Shown here in pieces: positions 39,324 to 52,100 of a stretch of DNA of 64,000 nucleotides. Position 1 is the stretch's first letter, and each line of letters begins with the position of its first letter. Location: assembly GCA_950097015.1 (NCBI GenBank), contig CATNEN010000003.1, forward strand, positions 13,888,001 to 13,952,000, in the 5' to 3' direction. Origin of the DNA: Macrostomum hystrix (lineage: Eukaryota > Animalia > Platyhelminthes). The notes under the pieces were generated by a model. That model was not told the origin of the DNA and did not search any database. It worked only from the letters and a program-made list of their open reading frames with translations. Position numbers and translations under genes: made by a program.

Positions 39324-40962
39324 ATGCTATCAAGAAGCAGTAAGAAAGATCTTGGCTGTGGCCTTGGTGGTATGAGTGTTGGCATTGATGGAAAATATAT
39401 TAGAAAAGAATTGCCAACAGCATTTCAAGAGCACCATCCAGTTTCTGGTATAATGCAGAGACCATTGCCTCCTTTGCCCGTTGCTGCAATGGAGGAAAAT
39501 CTACCAGATTTGCCACTTGGTTGGTCAATGGATTGGACGGTGCGAGGTAGGAAGTACTATATTGATCATACCAATCGGACTACATCATGGAGTCATCCAT
39601 TTGCTAAAGAATCTTTGCCTATCGGTTGGGATAGGATTGAAAGTCTAGAGAAAGGAATTTACTATGTGAAGTGAGTTGGCATATTTCTGCATTCTAGTTT
39701 TTTCGTGTTTTTTTCTGAATTAAAAAAAACTAAAAAGTATCGATTCTCCATAATTTTTTCATAAAATAACAGCCGAGTTGCTAAGACAGTCCAATATCAT
39801 CATCCTGGCCTACCTTTCAATGGTGTCACAATGCATTGTCATCAACAGCAACAGTCTAGGCGGCCGCCATTGTCTCTTCCTCCTTCTTCTCCTGTTGTTG
39901 CTGCTGCTGCTACTGCTGCTGCAAATTCTTCAATGCCAGTTGTCACAACGCATAATGATTCCAGCAGTCATAGTGCTAGTAATGGCAGTGCTGCCAGTAA
40001 GAAAACGGCTACGTTCAATTATTGAACTATGATTGCTTATCTAAAGATCAAAATCTGTGTGCATGTATAGTAGACCACTTAGAAGTGTAGTAGTATGATG
40101 TTTACATTTCAGGTGCTAATTTCAAAAGATACATAACCCATTTTTATCTCACCTATTCAGTTGATCATTAACCCATGTTTCTGTTAGTCATCCGGTAGGT
40201 CATTAAACCATGTTTATCTGGGTCATTCGGTAGGTCATTAAATCATAATTATCTGGGTCATTCGGTAGGTCATTAAATCATAATTATCTAGGTCATTCGG
40301 TAGATCATTAATCCACGTTTATCTGGGTCATTCGGAAAGTCATTGACCCATGTTTTTCGGTCATTCGGTAGGTCATTAACCATTAACCCATGATTCTCAG
40401 GGTCATTCGGTAGGTCATTAACCCATGATTCTCAGGGTCATTCGGTAGGTCATTAAACCACGCTTATCTGGGTCATTCGGAAGGTCATTAACCCATGATT
40501 CTCAGGGTCATTCGGTAGGTCATTAAACCATGATTCTCAGGGTCATTCGGTAGGTCATTAACCCATGATTCTAAGGGTCATTCGGTAGGTCATTAACCCA
40601 TGATTCTCAGGGTCATTCGGTAGATCATTAAACCACGCTTATCTGGGTCATTCGGAAGGTCATTGACCCATGTTTCTCTGGTAATGTACATGTATATTTC
40701 CAAACCAAATGTTTCAGACCTGGAGTCATTTCTCTCAGTCTACTGCAAAGCTCCAATGGCATACGACAATCAAATCAACTGGACTGATTTCTCACTAGAC
40801 GAGTTGGAACGGGCTTCTGATCAATTGGGCCGATTAGCTAAACAGGAAGCTGAAACTATTGTCGCCGCTTACGAAAGGTATCGCGTAGCTTTAGTTGCTA
40901 GGCTAAGATTGGTTGCCATGGAGGGACGCGGTGAGGTGCATCGTTATTCCTCAGTTCTGTGA
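39324..40962 (+). CDS. sav: Salvador (Hippo-pathway scaffold; two WW domains plus SARAH), 271 aa
   Basis: Exons 39324-39670, 39773-39996 and 40718-40962, all phase-consistent. MLSR...GKYIRKE N-terminus; WW1 [27 protein letters not shown]; WW2 GWDRIES...[15 protein letters not shown]; [20 protein letters not shown]...[12 protein letters not shown]. All parallel SAV1. Confidence 0.92.
40160..40680. repeat. 35-bp minisatellite in salvador intron 2 (CATTAACCCATGATTCTCAGGGTCATTCGGTAGGT)
   Basis: About 14 units. Confidence 0.93.
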
Positions 40963-41094
40963 AATCTAACATTGTTTTGATTTTAACCCGCGAATTATTT
41001 TTTTAATGACGCGAACAAACTACTGACTTTTATATCTAGTCCGTTGCCTTATTTAAGTAGTCTGTCGTTTATTTGCTTTTAGAGCCATTGAAAT

Positions 41095-42077
41095 TGAGAT
41101 AAGAGACGATAGAGAAATAGATAAGAGCTGATAGAGAAGTAGATTAGAGAGGATGGAGGAGTAGATAACAGCTGATATAGGAGATAATAGCAGATAGAGA
41201 AGTAGACAATAGCTGATATAGAAGAAGATAATAGCCGATAGAGAAGTAGATAAGAGCTGCTAGAGAAGTAGATTAGAGAGGATGGAGGAGTAGATAACAG
41301 CCGATTTAGGAGATAAAAGCCGATATAGAAGAAGATAATAGCCGATAGAGAAGTAGATAACAGCCGATAGTGAAGTAGATAAGAGAGCATAGAGCAGTAG
41401 ATAAGAGAGGATAGAGGAGTAGATAGGAGAGGATAGAGGAGTAGATACGAGAGGATAGAGAAGTAGATAAGAGAGGATAGAGGAGTAGATAAGAGAGGAT
41501 AGAGGAGTAGATAAGAGAGGATAGAGGAGTAGATAAGAGAGGATAGAGAAGTAGATAAGAGAGGATAGAGGAGTAGATAAGAGAGGGTAGAGCAGTAGAT
41601 AAGAGAGGATAGAGGAGTAGATACGAGAGGATAGAGAAGTAGATAAGAGAGGATAGAGGAGTAGATAAGAGAGGATAGAGAAGTAGATAAGAGAGGATAG
41701 AGGAGTAGATAAGAGAGGGTAGAGAAGTAGATAAGAGAGGATAGAGGGGTAGATAAGAGAGGATAGAGGAGTAGATAAGAGAGGATAGAGGAGTAGATAA
41801 GAGAGGGTAGAGAAGTAGATAAGAGAGGATAGAGGAGTATATAAGAGAGGGTAGAGAAGTAGATAAGAGAGGATAGAGGGGTAGATAAGAGAGGATAGAG
41901 GAGTAGATAAGAGAGGATAGAGGAGTAGATAAGAGAGGATAGAGGAGTAGATAAGAGAGGATAGAGGAGTAGATAAGAGAGGATAGAGCAGTAGATAAGA
42001 GAGGGTAGAGAAGTAGATAAGAGAGGATAGAGGGGTAGATAAGAGAGGATAGAGGAGTAGATAAGAGAGGATAGAGA
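41095..42077. repeat. 22-bp purine-rich minisatellite (GTAGATAAGAGAGGATAGAGGA)
   Basis: Tandem units downstream of salvador. Confidence 0.95.
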
Positions 42078-42456
42078 ATTAAGCAGATGTGTAATGAATT
42101 GTGTAGCGAAAACACAACTTTTCTTTCATAAAGCTTGCGAATTCTTTCTTATTTAAAAACGTCTTTTATCTTATTCTTTTATTTTTACTTAAACGGTTTC
42201 TGTAGTGTGTCAATTTTTGCTGTTGAACAAAAATTTTATATATTTTCAAAACATTTTCTGAGCATAACCTAGTCATTGACCGGTATAAAATATTTTATAG
42301 CATTGATTCATGTAATTTTTGTGCAATACTTGAAAACTTCAAATATACAAAGTCTATCTAATTATACTAGTTGTCAACTTTATTGATTAAAATAAATATT
42401 CTACAAAGTGTTGTTTTAATTTTTGGCAGCTTTTAGCAATATGTCCTTTTGACTTT

Positions 42457-42955
42457 GACGACCCACGACGAACTGGGAAATGAGGTAGCGACGATCCACA
42501 GACGAACTGGGAGAATGAGGCAGTGACGACCCACAGACGAACTGGGAAATGAGGTAGCGATGACCCACAGACGAACTGGGAAATGAGGTAGCGATGACCC
42601 ACAGACGAACTGGGAAATGAGGTAGCGATGACCCACAGACGAACTGGGAAATGAGGTAGCGACGACCGACAGACGAACTGAGAAAATGAGGCAGTGACGA
42701 CCCACAGACGAACTGGGAAATGAGGTAGCGATGACCTACAGACGAACTGAGAAAATGAGGCAGTGACGACCCACAGACGAACTGGGAAATGAGGTAGCGA
42801 CGACCCACAGACGAACTGGGAAATGAGGTAGCGATGACCCACAGACGAACTGGGAAATGAGGTAGCGATGACCCACAGACGAACTGGGAAATGAGATAGC
42901 GACGACCCAAAGACGAACTGGGAAATGAGGTAGCGATGACCTACAGACAAACTGA
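42457..42955. repeat. 34-bp minisatellite (GACCCACAGACGAACTGGGAAATGAGGTAGCGAT)
   Basis: About 14 contiguous units with no spacers. Confidence 0.95.
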
Positions 42956-43117
42956 ATTAGTGAAGAAGCCATGTTCTCCAATTTAAGATTCAGTCTGACA
43001 ATTTCTCAATTGTTCGTCAATTTCAGAATTCGATTCGATTTGAAAAACTAGGACCCACTTAAGGCTGGTTCTGCCTAGCCGCATAATTTGTATTAAGATT
43101 ACCTGGAAAGCTAAAAA

Positions 43118-46100
43118 ATGGATTCTCAAGATGAAGATCTGTTGCGGCAGCTGACCAATCTGCTTTCCTTTCTTGGAAACGAGATGGGAATTAAACTCGC
43201 CGATGCCAATGTCAGTAACTCACGCTTTGATCAATATTATTGCTTCGATTATATTTCGAAAGTTTATAATACATATTTTTTATTCCTAGAACAAGACAAT
43301 TAATTTTCTAGTTCTTTAGATCGCCAGGCATTAAATAGGTAACAGCATTAGCTAGTGCAGAGATTTGGGTTAAGTTTGGCGTCCTAATTTTCCTGATTTC
43401 AGGAGGGGTTCAGACAATGGCACATCATTTGGTGACACTAGACCCGCAGCCAGCGAGGAGGCAATTCTGCCCATTTCGCTGACTCCTGAGCACACACGCA
43501 CACAGATACCGTACGCAGGCACACGCTCACACAGGTGTGTACATCTGCCCTGACTTTCTCATCGTCAGGCAGTGTACACTCTCACTGTGTCTAGGAGGTT
43601 GGCCCAAGACAAGCCACCAAACCTTCTCTGCGCGGCTGCGCCCCAAACGAATGTGGCCTCCTCGCCTCATGGACCTCAGAATCGAACTCAGGGACCTTGT
43701 TGCGAGAGGCAAACGCGTCAGACCGCCACAGACCTTCAAATGCCGCAACTTGCTATCTATCTAAACTAGTCGCGAAAAACAATTCTCACAGGTCCTACTA
43801 TCAACAAAGCGTGCTCAACTAAATCTAATTCGATCTACTAGCAGTCAGCAGCAGCAGCAGCCCGGGTCGTCTCCTCCACTTTTACTGGATTGGTCTCGGC
43901 TTCAATATCCCGAGTCATTTCTGACTGCGCTAGCTTCTTGGGATATTGGTAACCATGGCAACACTAAACATCAAACCGTTTGGTTGGCTAGCCTCATTCG
44001 ACTTCTGGCTCACCAGTGCAGTGAAGATGATGGCCTAGTTGCAGAGTGTCTCGGTCACCTAGCAGATGTTGTAGCAAAATGTGTTGAAAGGGTTCAACAA
44101 TGCAAATCGACTAAGAACGATGATTATTATTATCGAATTAACAACCTACCGGCGTTAATTATTTGGCTAGAATCGTTAAATCTAGTCGCGGATGACAGTC
44201 AAGATTATGAGCGAAAATATTTGACAACATCAGCTATAGAAGCAGTTTCAAATCTAATATCTAATATTCGATCCGATTTGCCACGTTCATCGCGTTTGCT
44301 ATTATACCTGGCCTTCTACTGGACTAGGTTTGGCTGTCTGACAAATAACTGGTCCGCTGAACCTGTTGTGCAATCACTAACTAGCTGCTGCTTACCGACT
44401 ATTAGTCTGGAGAAAGATCTCGGCGATGTCTCCTGGCCTGGAACAAATCGACTCACAGAGCAACAGAAGCGACTACTGGCCTGTGCTGGACTCTGCGATA
44501 GTAGAGATCGGGTTGCTGAACTGGCTGAGCTGTGCTTTGTTGGAAACTGTCAACTCGATCAGCTGGTTGGGGTGAGTAAATCACCTGTTCCTCTCTCACC
44601 TGCTACTGTCTCACCTGTTCCTCTCTCTCACCTGTTCCTCTCACTCACCTGTTCCTCTCACTCACCTGTTCCTCTATCTCACCTGTTCCTCTCTCACCTG
44701 CTACTGTCTCACCTGTTCCTCTCTCTCACCTGTTCCTCTCACTCACCTGTTCCTCTCACTCACCTGTTCCTCTATCTCACCTGTTCCTCTCTCACCTGCT
44801 ACTGTCTCACCTGTTCCTCTCTCTCACCTGTTCCTCTCACTCACCTGTTCCTCTCACTCACCTGTTCCTCTATCTCACCTGTTCCTCTATCTCACCTGTT
44901 CCTCTCCCTCACCTGTTCCTCTCTCTCACCTGTTCCTCTCTCTCACCTGTTCCTCTCTCTCACCTGTTCCTCTCTCTCACATGTTCTTCTCTCTCACCTG
45001 TTCCTCTCACTCACCTGTTCCTCTGTCTCACCTGTTCCTCTCTCTCACCTGTTCCTCTCTCTCACCTGTTCCTCTGTCTCACCTGTTCCTCTGTCTCACC
45101 TGTTTCTCTCTCTCACCTGTTCCTCTCACTCACCTGTTCTTCTCTCTGACCTGTTCCTCTCTCTCACCTGTTCCTCTGTCTCACCTGTTCCTCTCTCTCA
45201 CCTGTTCCTCTGTCTCACCTGTTCCTCTGTCTCACCTGTTCCTCTCTCTCACCTGTTCCTCTCACTCACCTGTTCTTCTCTCTGACCTGTTCCTCTCTCT
45301 CACCTGTTCCTCTCACTTACCTGTTCTTCTCTCTGACCTGTTCCTCTCTCTCACCTGTTCTTCTCTCTGACCTGTTCCTCTCGCTCACCTCTTCCTCTCT
45401 CTCTGTCACCTATTCCTTTCTCTCTCACCTGTTCCTCTCTCCTACCTGTTGCTCTATCTACTTCACTGGTTTTGTTCTGTTTCTGCCTATTTCTCTACTG
45501 AAAGAAAAGAAGAAAAGTTGTTCATCAATTCAGGAAACTGCAATCGTCCTGCTAAAAGACGGCGCCCCGGATGCCTTACTAAGTCGCCTATTCTCTAAAT
45601 CGGATGTCGAAGGCAAACATGGTCGACGCGGCGATGCGGGCTACTTCGCCGAAACTGCTAGTCGGGCGATAGCTAGCCAATGGCGTAAGCTTGGTGATTT
45701 CTCAAGCGTTGAACGAGCAGTTCAATGGGCCGTTGGAGATGAAAGTGATTCGCGAAATTTGCAAAATGATCTGCTCATCAGGGCTAGAGACTATTGCGCC
45801 GCTTTGAGAGGCATATTTCGCGACTGTGGGTTAGTTTGTGTTTTTTTATAGTTTGAAATAACATCATTTTATTGCCTATTTTTAATAGATCTTTGAGTTC
45901 ATCTCACTGACATTCAATTAGTCCTTCAGTCCATCTCCTTGAGTCCAACTCGCTAGTCCTTGAGTCCATCTCGCTAGTCCTTGAGTCCATCTCGCTAGTC
46001 CTTGAGTCCATCTCGCTAGTCCTTGAGTCCATCTCGCTAGTCCTTGAGTCCATCTCGCTAGTCCTTGAGTCCATCTCGCTAGTCCTTGAGTCCATCCCGC

Positions 46101-49100
46101 TAGTCCTTGAGTCCATCTCGCTAGTCCTTGAGTCCATCCCGCTAGTCCTTGAGTCCATCTCGCTAGTCCTTGAGTCCATCTCGCTAGTCCTTGAGTCCAT
46201 CTCGCTAGTCCTTGAGTCCATCTCGCACAGCACATTGAGTCCATCTCGCTAGTCCTTGAGTCCATCTCGCTAGTCCTTGAGTCCATCTCACTAGTTCTTG
46301 AGTCCATCTCCTTGAGTCCATCTCCTTGAGTCCATCTCCTTGAGTCCATCTCCTTGAGTCCATCTCCTTGAGTCTCTCCTTGAGTCCATCTCCTCGAGTC
46401 CATCTCCTCGATTCAATCTTCTTGAGTCCATCTAATTGAGTCTATCTCCTTGAGTCCATCTCCTCGAGTCCATCTCCTTGAGTCCATCTCCTTGAGTCCA
46501 TCTCCTCGAGTCCATCTCCTTGATTCAATCTTCTTGAGTCCATCTAATTGAGTCTATCTCCTTGAGTCCATCTCCTCGAGTCCATCTCCTCGAGTCCATC
46601 TCATTGAGTCCATCTCCTTGAATTCATCCCACTAACTTCATTTGACAGTATCTCGCTGACTCGGGAACAAGAATACAGCCTGGTAATAGATGCTGGTCGC
46701 ACAAGCATCCTCGGCCAACTAGCGTCAGTTGAGTCACCCGCCCTACTACCCGACTGTCGTCAAGCCGTTGAAGCTCTCACTAGAGCCGTCTCGGCTGCAG
46801 CCAACGCCGCCGCCTTAGAATCGCCGGCGTCCGTAGTGAATGCGGAATTATCCCTATTCCGTGCTGCCCAGTCTGTTGCTTGCTCAGTTCGAGCACTGAC
46901 TGTCGATGCCGCTGTTTCATCGACATCTGGCGCTACGGAAGCTGCTTATAACAATGACGATAAGTTAGATTCTATGAACGCTATAGCTGCTTTGATCTCA
47001 TTGGCTGGCCAATTGGCTAATCACGTGACCGATTTAAGACTGCGCGGTCAATTATTAAAACGATTATTAGAATTGTTGTTTTTAACAAGGCGCCAATTGA
47101 GATCGTTCAATCGCCTAGCTAGAGATCCTTTGATTGGCTCGTTGGCCGCTTTGAAGCCGACTAGTCGCGACGTTGACTCTGCTGGATTGAACGGCGGTGC
47201 CAACGGTAACGATGTTGTCGCTTCGGACGCATTTGTTCGCCTGCACCTAACCGAAATGCGGCAATTAATTACAAATTATCGTCAACAAGCTTTCGCTACT
47301 ATTAGTAGTGTAGTCACTGTCAGCGATGAATTAGTTGAAGCGAAAAATTTGGCCACTTGGCTAGAGTCCAGACTGGCCGATTTGCAATGGCGACAAGAGT
47401 TAATAGCCTCGCTGCCGCCTCCGCCGCTGTGGTTAGTAGGCGGCATTGCTGATGAAGGAGTTCGGTGAGTTCTGATTGACTTTTTTAAATCGGGGAATGT
47501 CTATGGCCCAAACGAATCACCATTATATAATTCGTAGTGATCTATCCATAATGAAATTAAACAAGTTTCTAAATGACCTTGACCTTGAGTAAATTCCAAA
47601 CAACCGTTACTCGTAACAAATTCCAAATGACCTTGAATAAAAATCTAAACGACCTTGAATAAATTCCACATGACCTTGAATAAAATTCCAAATGACCTTG
47701 AATAAAATTCCAAATGACCTACAAAATTTGCAAATGACCTTGAATAAATTCCAAATGACCTTGAATAAATTCCAAATGACCTTGAATAAAAATCTAAACG
47801 ACCTTGAATAAATTCCAAATTACCTTGAATAAATTCCAAGTGACCTTGAATGAAATTGCAAATGACCTTGAATAAATTGCAAATGACCTTGAATAAAATT
47901 GCAAATGACCTTGAATAAATTGCAAATGACCTTGAATAAAATTCCAAAACCTTGAAAAAATCCAAATGACCTTGAATAAAAATCTAAAATGGCTTTAAAA
48001 TGAATCTGAAATTGTTTTCAATGGGCAAAATGGCCTCGCCCTTTACTATACTGTCCTATCCAATCGTTTATCGGAAACATTATTCTTTTAAATAAATCCA
48101 ATCTTTTTATAAGGAAATCCTATTCTTTATTAACTAAATCCCACCCTGTTATAAAGAAATGCCATTCTATAAAAAAAATCCCATACTGTTCTGAAGAAAT
48201 CCCATCCTCTTCTGAAGCAATCCCATACTGTTCTAAAGAAATCCTATACTATTATGGAGAAATCCCATACTGTTCTGAAGCAATCCCATACTATTCTAAA
48301 GAAATCCTATACTATTATGGAGAAATCCCATACTGTTCTCAAGAAATCCCATACTATTCTAAACAAATCCCATACTATTCTATAGAAATCCCATACTTTT
48401 CTAAAGAAATCCCATACTGTTCTGAAGATATCCCATATTTTTCTTAAGAAATCCCATACTGTTCTAAAGAAATCCCATACTTTTCTGTAGAAATCCCAAA
48501 CTGTTCTGAAGAAATCCCATAATTTTCTGTAGAAATCCCATACTGTTCTGAAGAAATGCCATCCTTTTATTTTCCTACAGCGAAACTAAGAAATCCCTAT
48601 TTTCTCAATTAAACAGTCATCGCAGGCACAGGAAGTCTTCATCAATCTTGGCCGTCACTACAAACAGCTCCTCGATTCCTCAATCCGGCAGCGAAGATTC
48701 ATCGTCGAAACAGCAGACGCAGCAGCAGCCGCAGCCTCCGCAGTCGAAACAGAGTCCCCTAGTGCACTATCTGCAATGCTCCGGCTCAACTATACTAGCC
48801 CTGTGTCTAAGCCGGGGTGACTTTCAACGTGCCTCTCAAACCGTGAAAATCTACAATCTTCAAGGCCTGAGGCTGTGCTCAGAGTTGCAATGGCAATCGG
48901 TGTTTAGCGCGAAACTGAAGCAACTGAGAACAATGAGCATCGGAGCAGTTGCCGCCGCTAATCTATCTAATCTATTCTCCAATTCGGCTAGTAATTCCAG
49001 CGTGAATTCCGGTTCGGTTTCGGGATTCGGCCAGGCGTCGTTAAGCGCAATTCGAGCTACGGCTAGTCCCCTGGTTCGCCAGGGACCGGTGAAATTGGCC

Positions 49101-52100
49101 GAAGAATTGTTGTCACAATTGCCAGATAGATTGGCTGGTAGTTTGGTTGCCATGACAACGAGTAGGCATCAGCAGCAGCATCATTATCATCATGCTCATC
49201 ATCATCAGTCAAGCGGAGCTGTAATCGATATTAGCGTTCTGAAGCGTGTCTTCGGCGGTCCGACAGGGTCGGCTTTCACCAGCGATTTTGCCCACCTCCT
49301 GGATTTGGCTTGCGTTGGAGCTGTCAGCCTGCCTGCTCTGCGAGACCTCCTGCTGCTGGCCAAGGATCGAATGCCGCAGGTTGGCGCTCTGGGATGCGGG
49401 TTGTGTGATTATTAGTGTGGGGTGTGGGATCTCGGTGTGGGGTTTGATATCTAGGTGTGGGATTATATTAGTGTGGGGTTTGATATCTAGGTGTGGGATT
49501 ATATTAGTGTCGGATGTGAGATCTCGGTGTGGGATTATATTAGTGTGGGGTGTGATATCTAGGTGTGGGATTATATTAGTGTCGGATGTGAGATCTCGGT
49601 GTGGGATTATATTAGAGTGGGTGTGGGACTATATTAGGTGGGGTGTGGGATCTAGGTGTGGGATTATTAGTGTTGGTTGTGCGATCTCGGTGTGGGATTA
49701 CCAGTGTGGGGTGTGGAATCTGGGTGTGGGATTATTTGTGTAAGGTGTGGGATTATTAGTTTGGGGTGTGGGATTATTAGTTTGGGGTGTGGGAGTCAGT
49801 GGGTGATGTTTTGTGTTGTGGGAGTGGGATCTTAGCTTGGGATTGTTAGTGTGGTTAAGTGGTGTGGGATTTTATAGTGTTTATGCGGGATCTCTCAGTC
49901 GTGTTATAATCGTGTGTTATCATTGTGATAAATCAACTTTATCTTGTTTAAATTTCCATTTATTTTCAGAACCCGAAGAAGGATTCAGAAGGATCGTTGA
50001 CTGTCTCCAGTTCATCCGCCTCAGATTCAATTTCCAACACTGCAGCCGCAGCGGCAGCATCTGGTCCGCTGCCTCCCGCGGCCCTCCTAGTCGACTTGGA
50101 TAGTCTAGTTGAATTCTTCTGGCACCGCGTCAGCCAGTCGCATCCGGCTCACCAGCTGTGGTGGTCCTGGCTTCTATCGCCGGATAGCGCAGCCGCTCGA
50201 TCCGGTGTTCCGTTTTACACCCAACTGGCCTGCCAATTTCTGCTGCCGCCTTGCAAACCACAGCGGCTTGAAGAGGCCATGCTTGAGATCGGCTCGAGCG
50301 GTGCGAAATTTCGCGTCGCCATGACAACGGCCGCTAATGCGGAAACTAATAAGACGTCTGGTGCCACATCGGGTAAAATAGTTCGTCTAATTTAATCTGA
50401 TTTCTGACTCATTTGTCTCATATGTGTCTCATTTATCCCATATGTGTCTCATTTATCCCATATGTGTCTCATTTATCCCATATCTGTCTCATTTATCCCC
50501 ATATGTGTCTCATTTATCCCATATCTGTCTCATTTATCTCTTATCTGTCTTATATATCCCATTTCTGTCTCATTTATCCCACATCTGTCTCATTTATCTC
50601 ATATCTGTTTCATTTATCTCATATCTGCTTTACATTTATCCCCTACCTGCACTCTAACCTCATCTCTCTCACCTGTATCTAATCTATGTCTCACCGGTAT
50701 CTAATCTCTGTCTCACCTGTATCTAATCTGTGTCTCACGGGTATCTAATCTGTGTCTCACCTGTATCTAGTCTCTGTCTCACCTGTATCTAATCTCTGTC
50801 TCACCTGTATCTAATCTGTGTCTCACCTGTATCTAATCTGTGTCTCACCTGTATCTAATCTGTGTCTCACCTGTATCTAATCTGTGTCTCACCTGTATCT
50901 AATCTCTGTCTCACCTGTATCTAGTCTCTGTCTCACCTGTATCTAATTTCTGTCTCACCTGTATCTAGTCTCTGTCTCACCTGTATCTAATCTCTGTCTC
51001 ACCTGTATCTAATTTCTGTCTCACCTGTATCTAATCTCTGTCTCACCTGTATCTAGTCTCTGTCTCACCTCTATCTAGTCTCTGTCTCACCTGTATCTCT
51101 GTCTAATATCTAATTTCCGCATCGCAGCATCGGCCGCTATACCACTGGGTCTTGGGCGTCGAAGTGCGTCCGCCGTAGCGTTCTCTCCAACGCCGTCTTC
51201 TTATTCAACTTCGTCTAATGATTCAGCAGCCGCTGCTGCCGCCGCTGCCGCAGCAGCTAGTCCAGCGCAGCTGTTTCAAGCGCTGGTTCGCGTCGCCGCT
51301 AAACACTCTACAACAGTTAGCAATGTCTTCCAGCTAAGCGGATTGTAAGAATGTGCTTTTATTACATTTTTTATAACAAAAAAAATGTTTTACTTTCTAC
51401 TTGAAGTAGGAAAAAATAGAAAAGATAAAAAATTATACACCAGATTATCTAATAAGTTAGTTATTATCCCAAGATTCCCAAAATAAAATATGAATCCTCA
51501 AGTTCTTCTTTACAGGATAATAATCCCCTGTATCGGATCATTAATTATCTTCAAAATGGGACATTTATCCTCAAATATTTTAGCATAGGAGAGAAATCCT
51601 TCTAGATCTTCGAAATGGGATTATATATAACTCTAAAACCTCTTAGTTGTGGGAAGGGGCGAGGGGGGTCAGCGGCTAACGTCGCTGCCTCGCACTCCAA
51701 AGGACGCTAGTTCGATTCACCCTTCAGGTCACGATTAATTTCGGTACTTGTTGGGGGGTTGGACAGTAGCGACCGGCGGAGGTGCACCATATTTCGTGCA
51801 ATCAAAGCTTGAAAAATAGCTTCGCTCCTACCTTTCTGTGTGCCTGTTCTGCGTTGTATGAGTTTTGTGCGTTGGCGCTGGGGCGTTAGACCTTGCGGGG
51901 GTGGCTGGGGGGCGGGTGTACACCGCCGCGCGCTCATCTGGATTTCCGTCAGCGCGATTGGATAAAGTGTACACTCGTCACCCGCCCCCCCCTGAGGACT
52001 GATTTCTTATCAGCCTTCCGCCCCGGCTTGGTCTGCTCTGTGCGTGTGCGGGCCTGGGGTGAGAGGCACTCCGGCTGCCGCCCCCTTCCCCGCTTGGCTT

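Noticed and set aside
42457-42955. 34-bp repeats of CRISPR-like length
   Set aside because: The units are contiguous with no unique spacers, there are no cas genes, and the context is eukaryotic.
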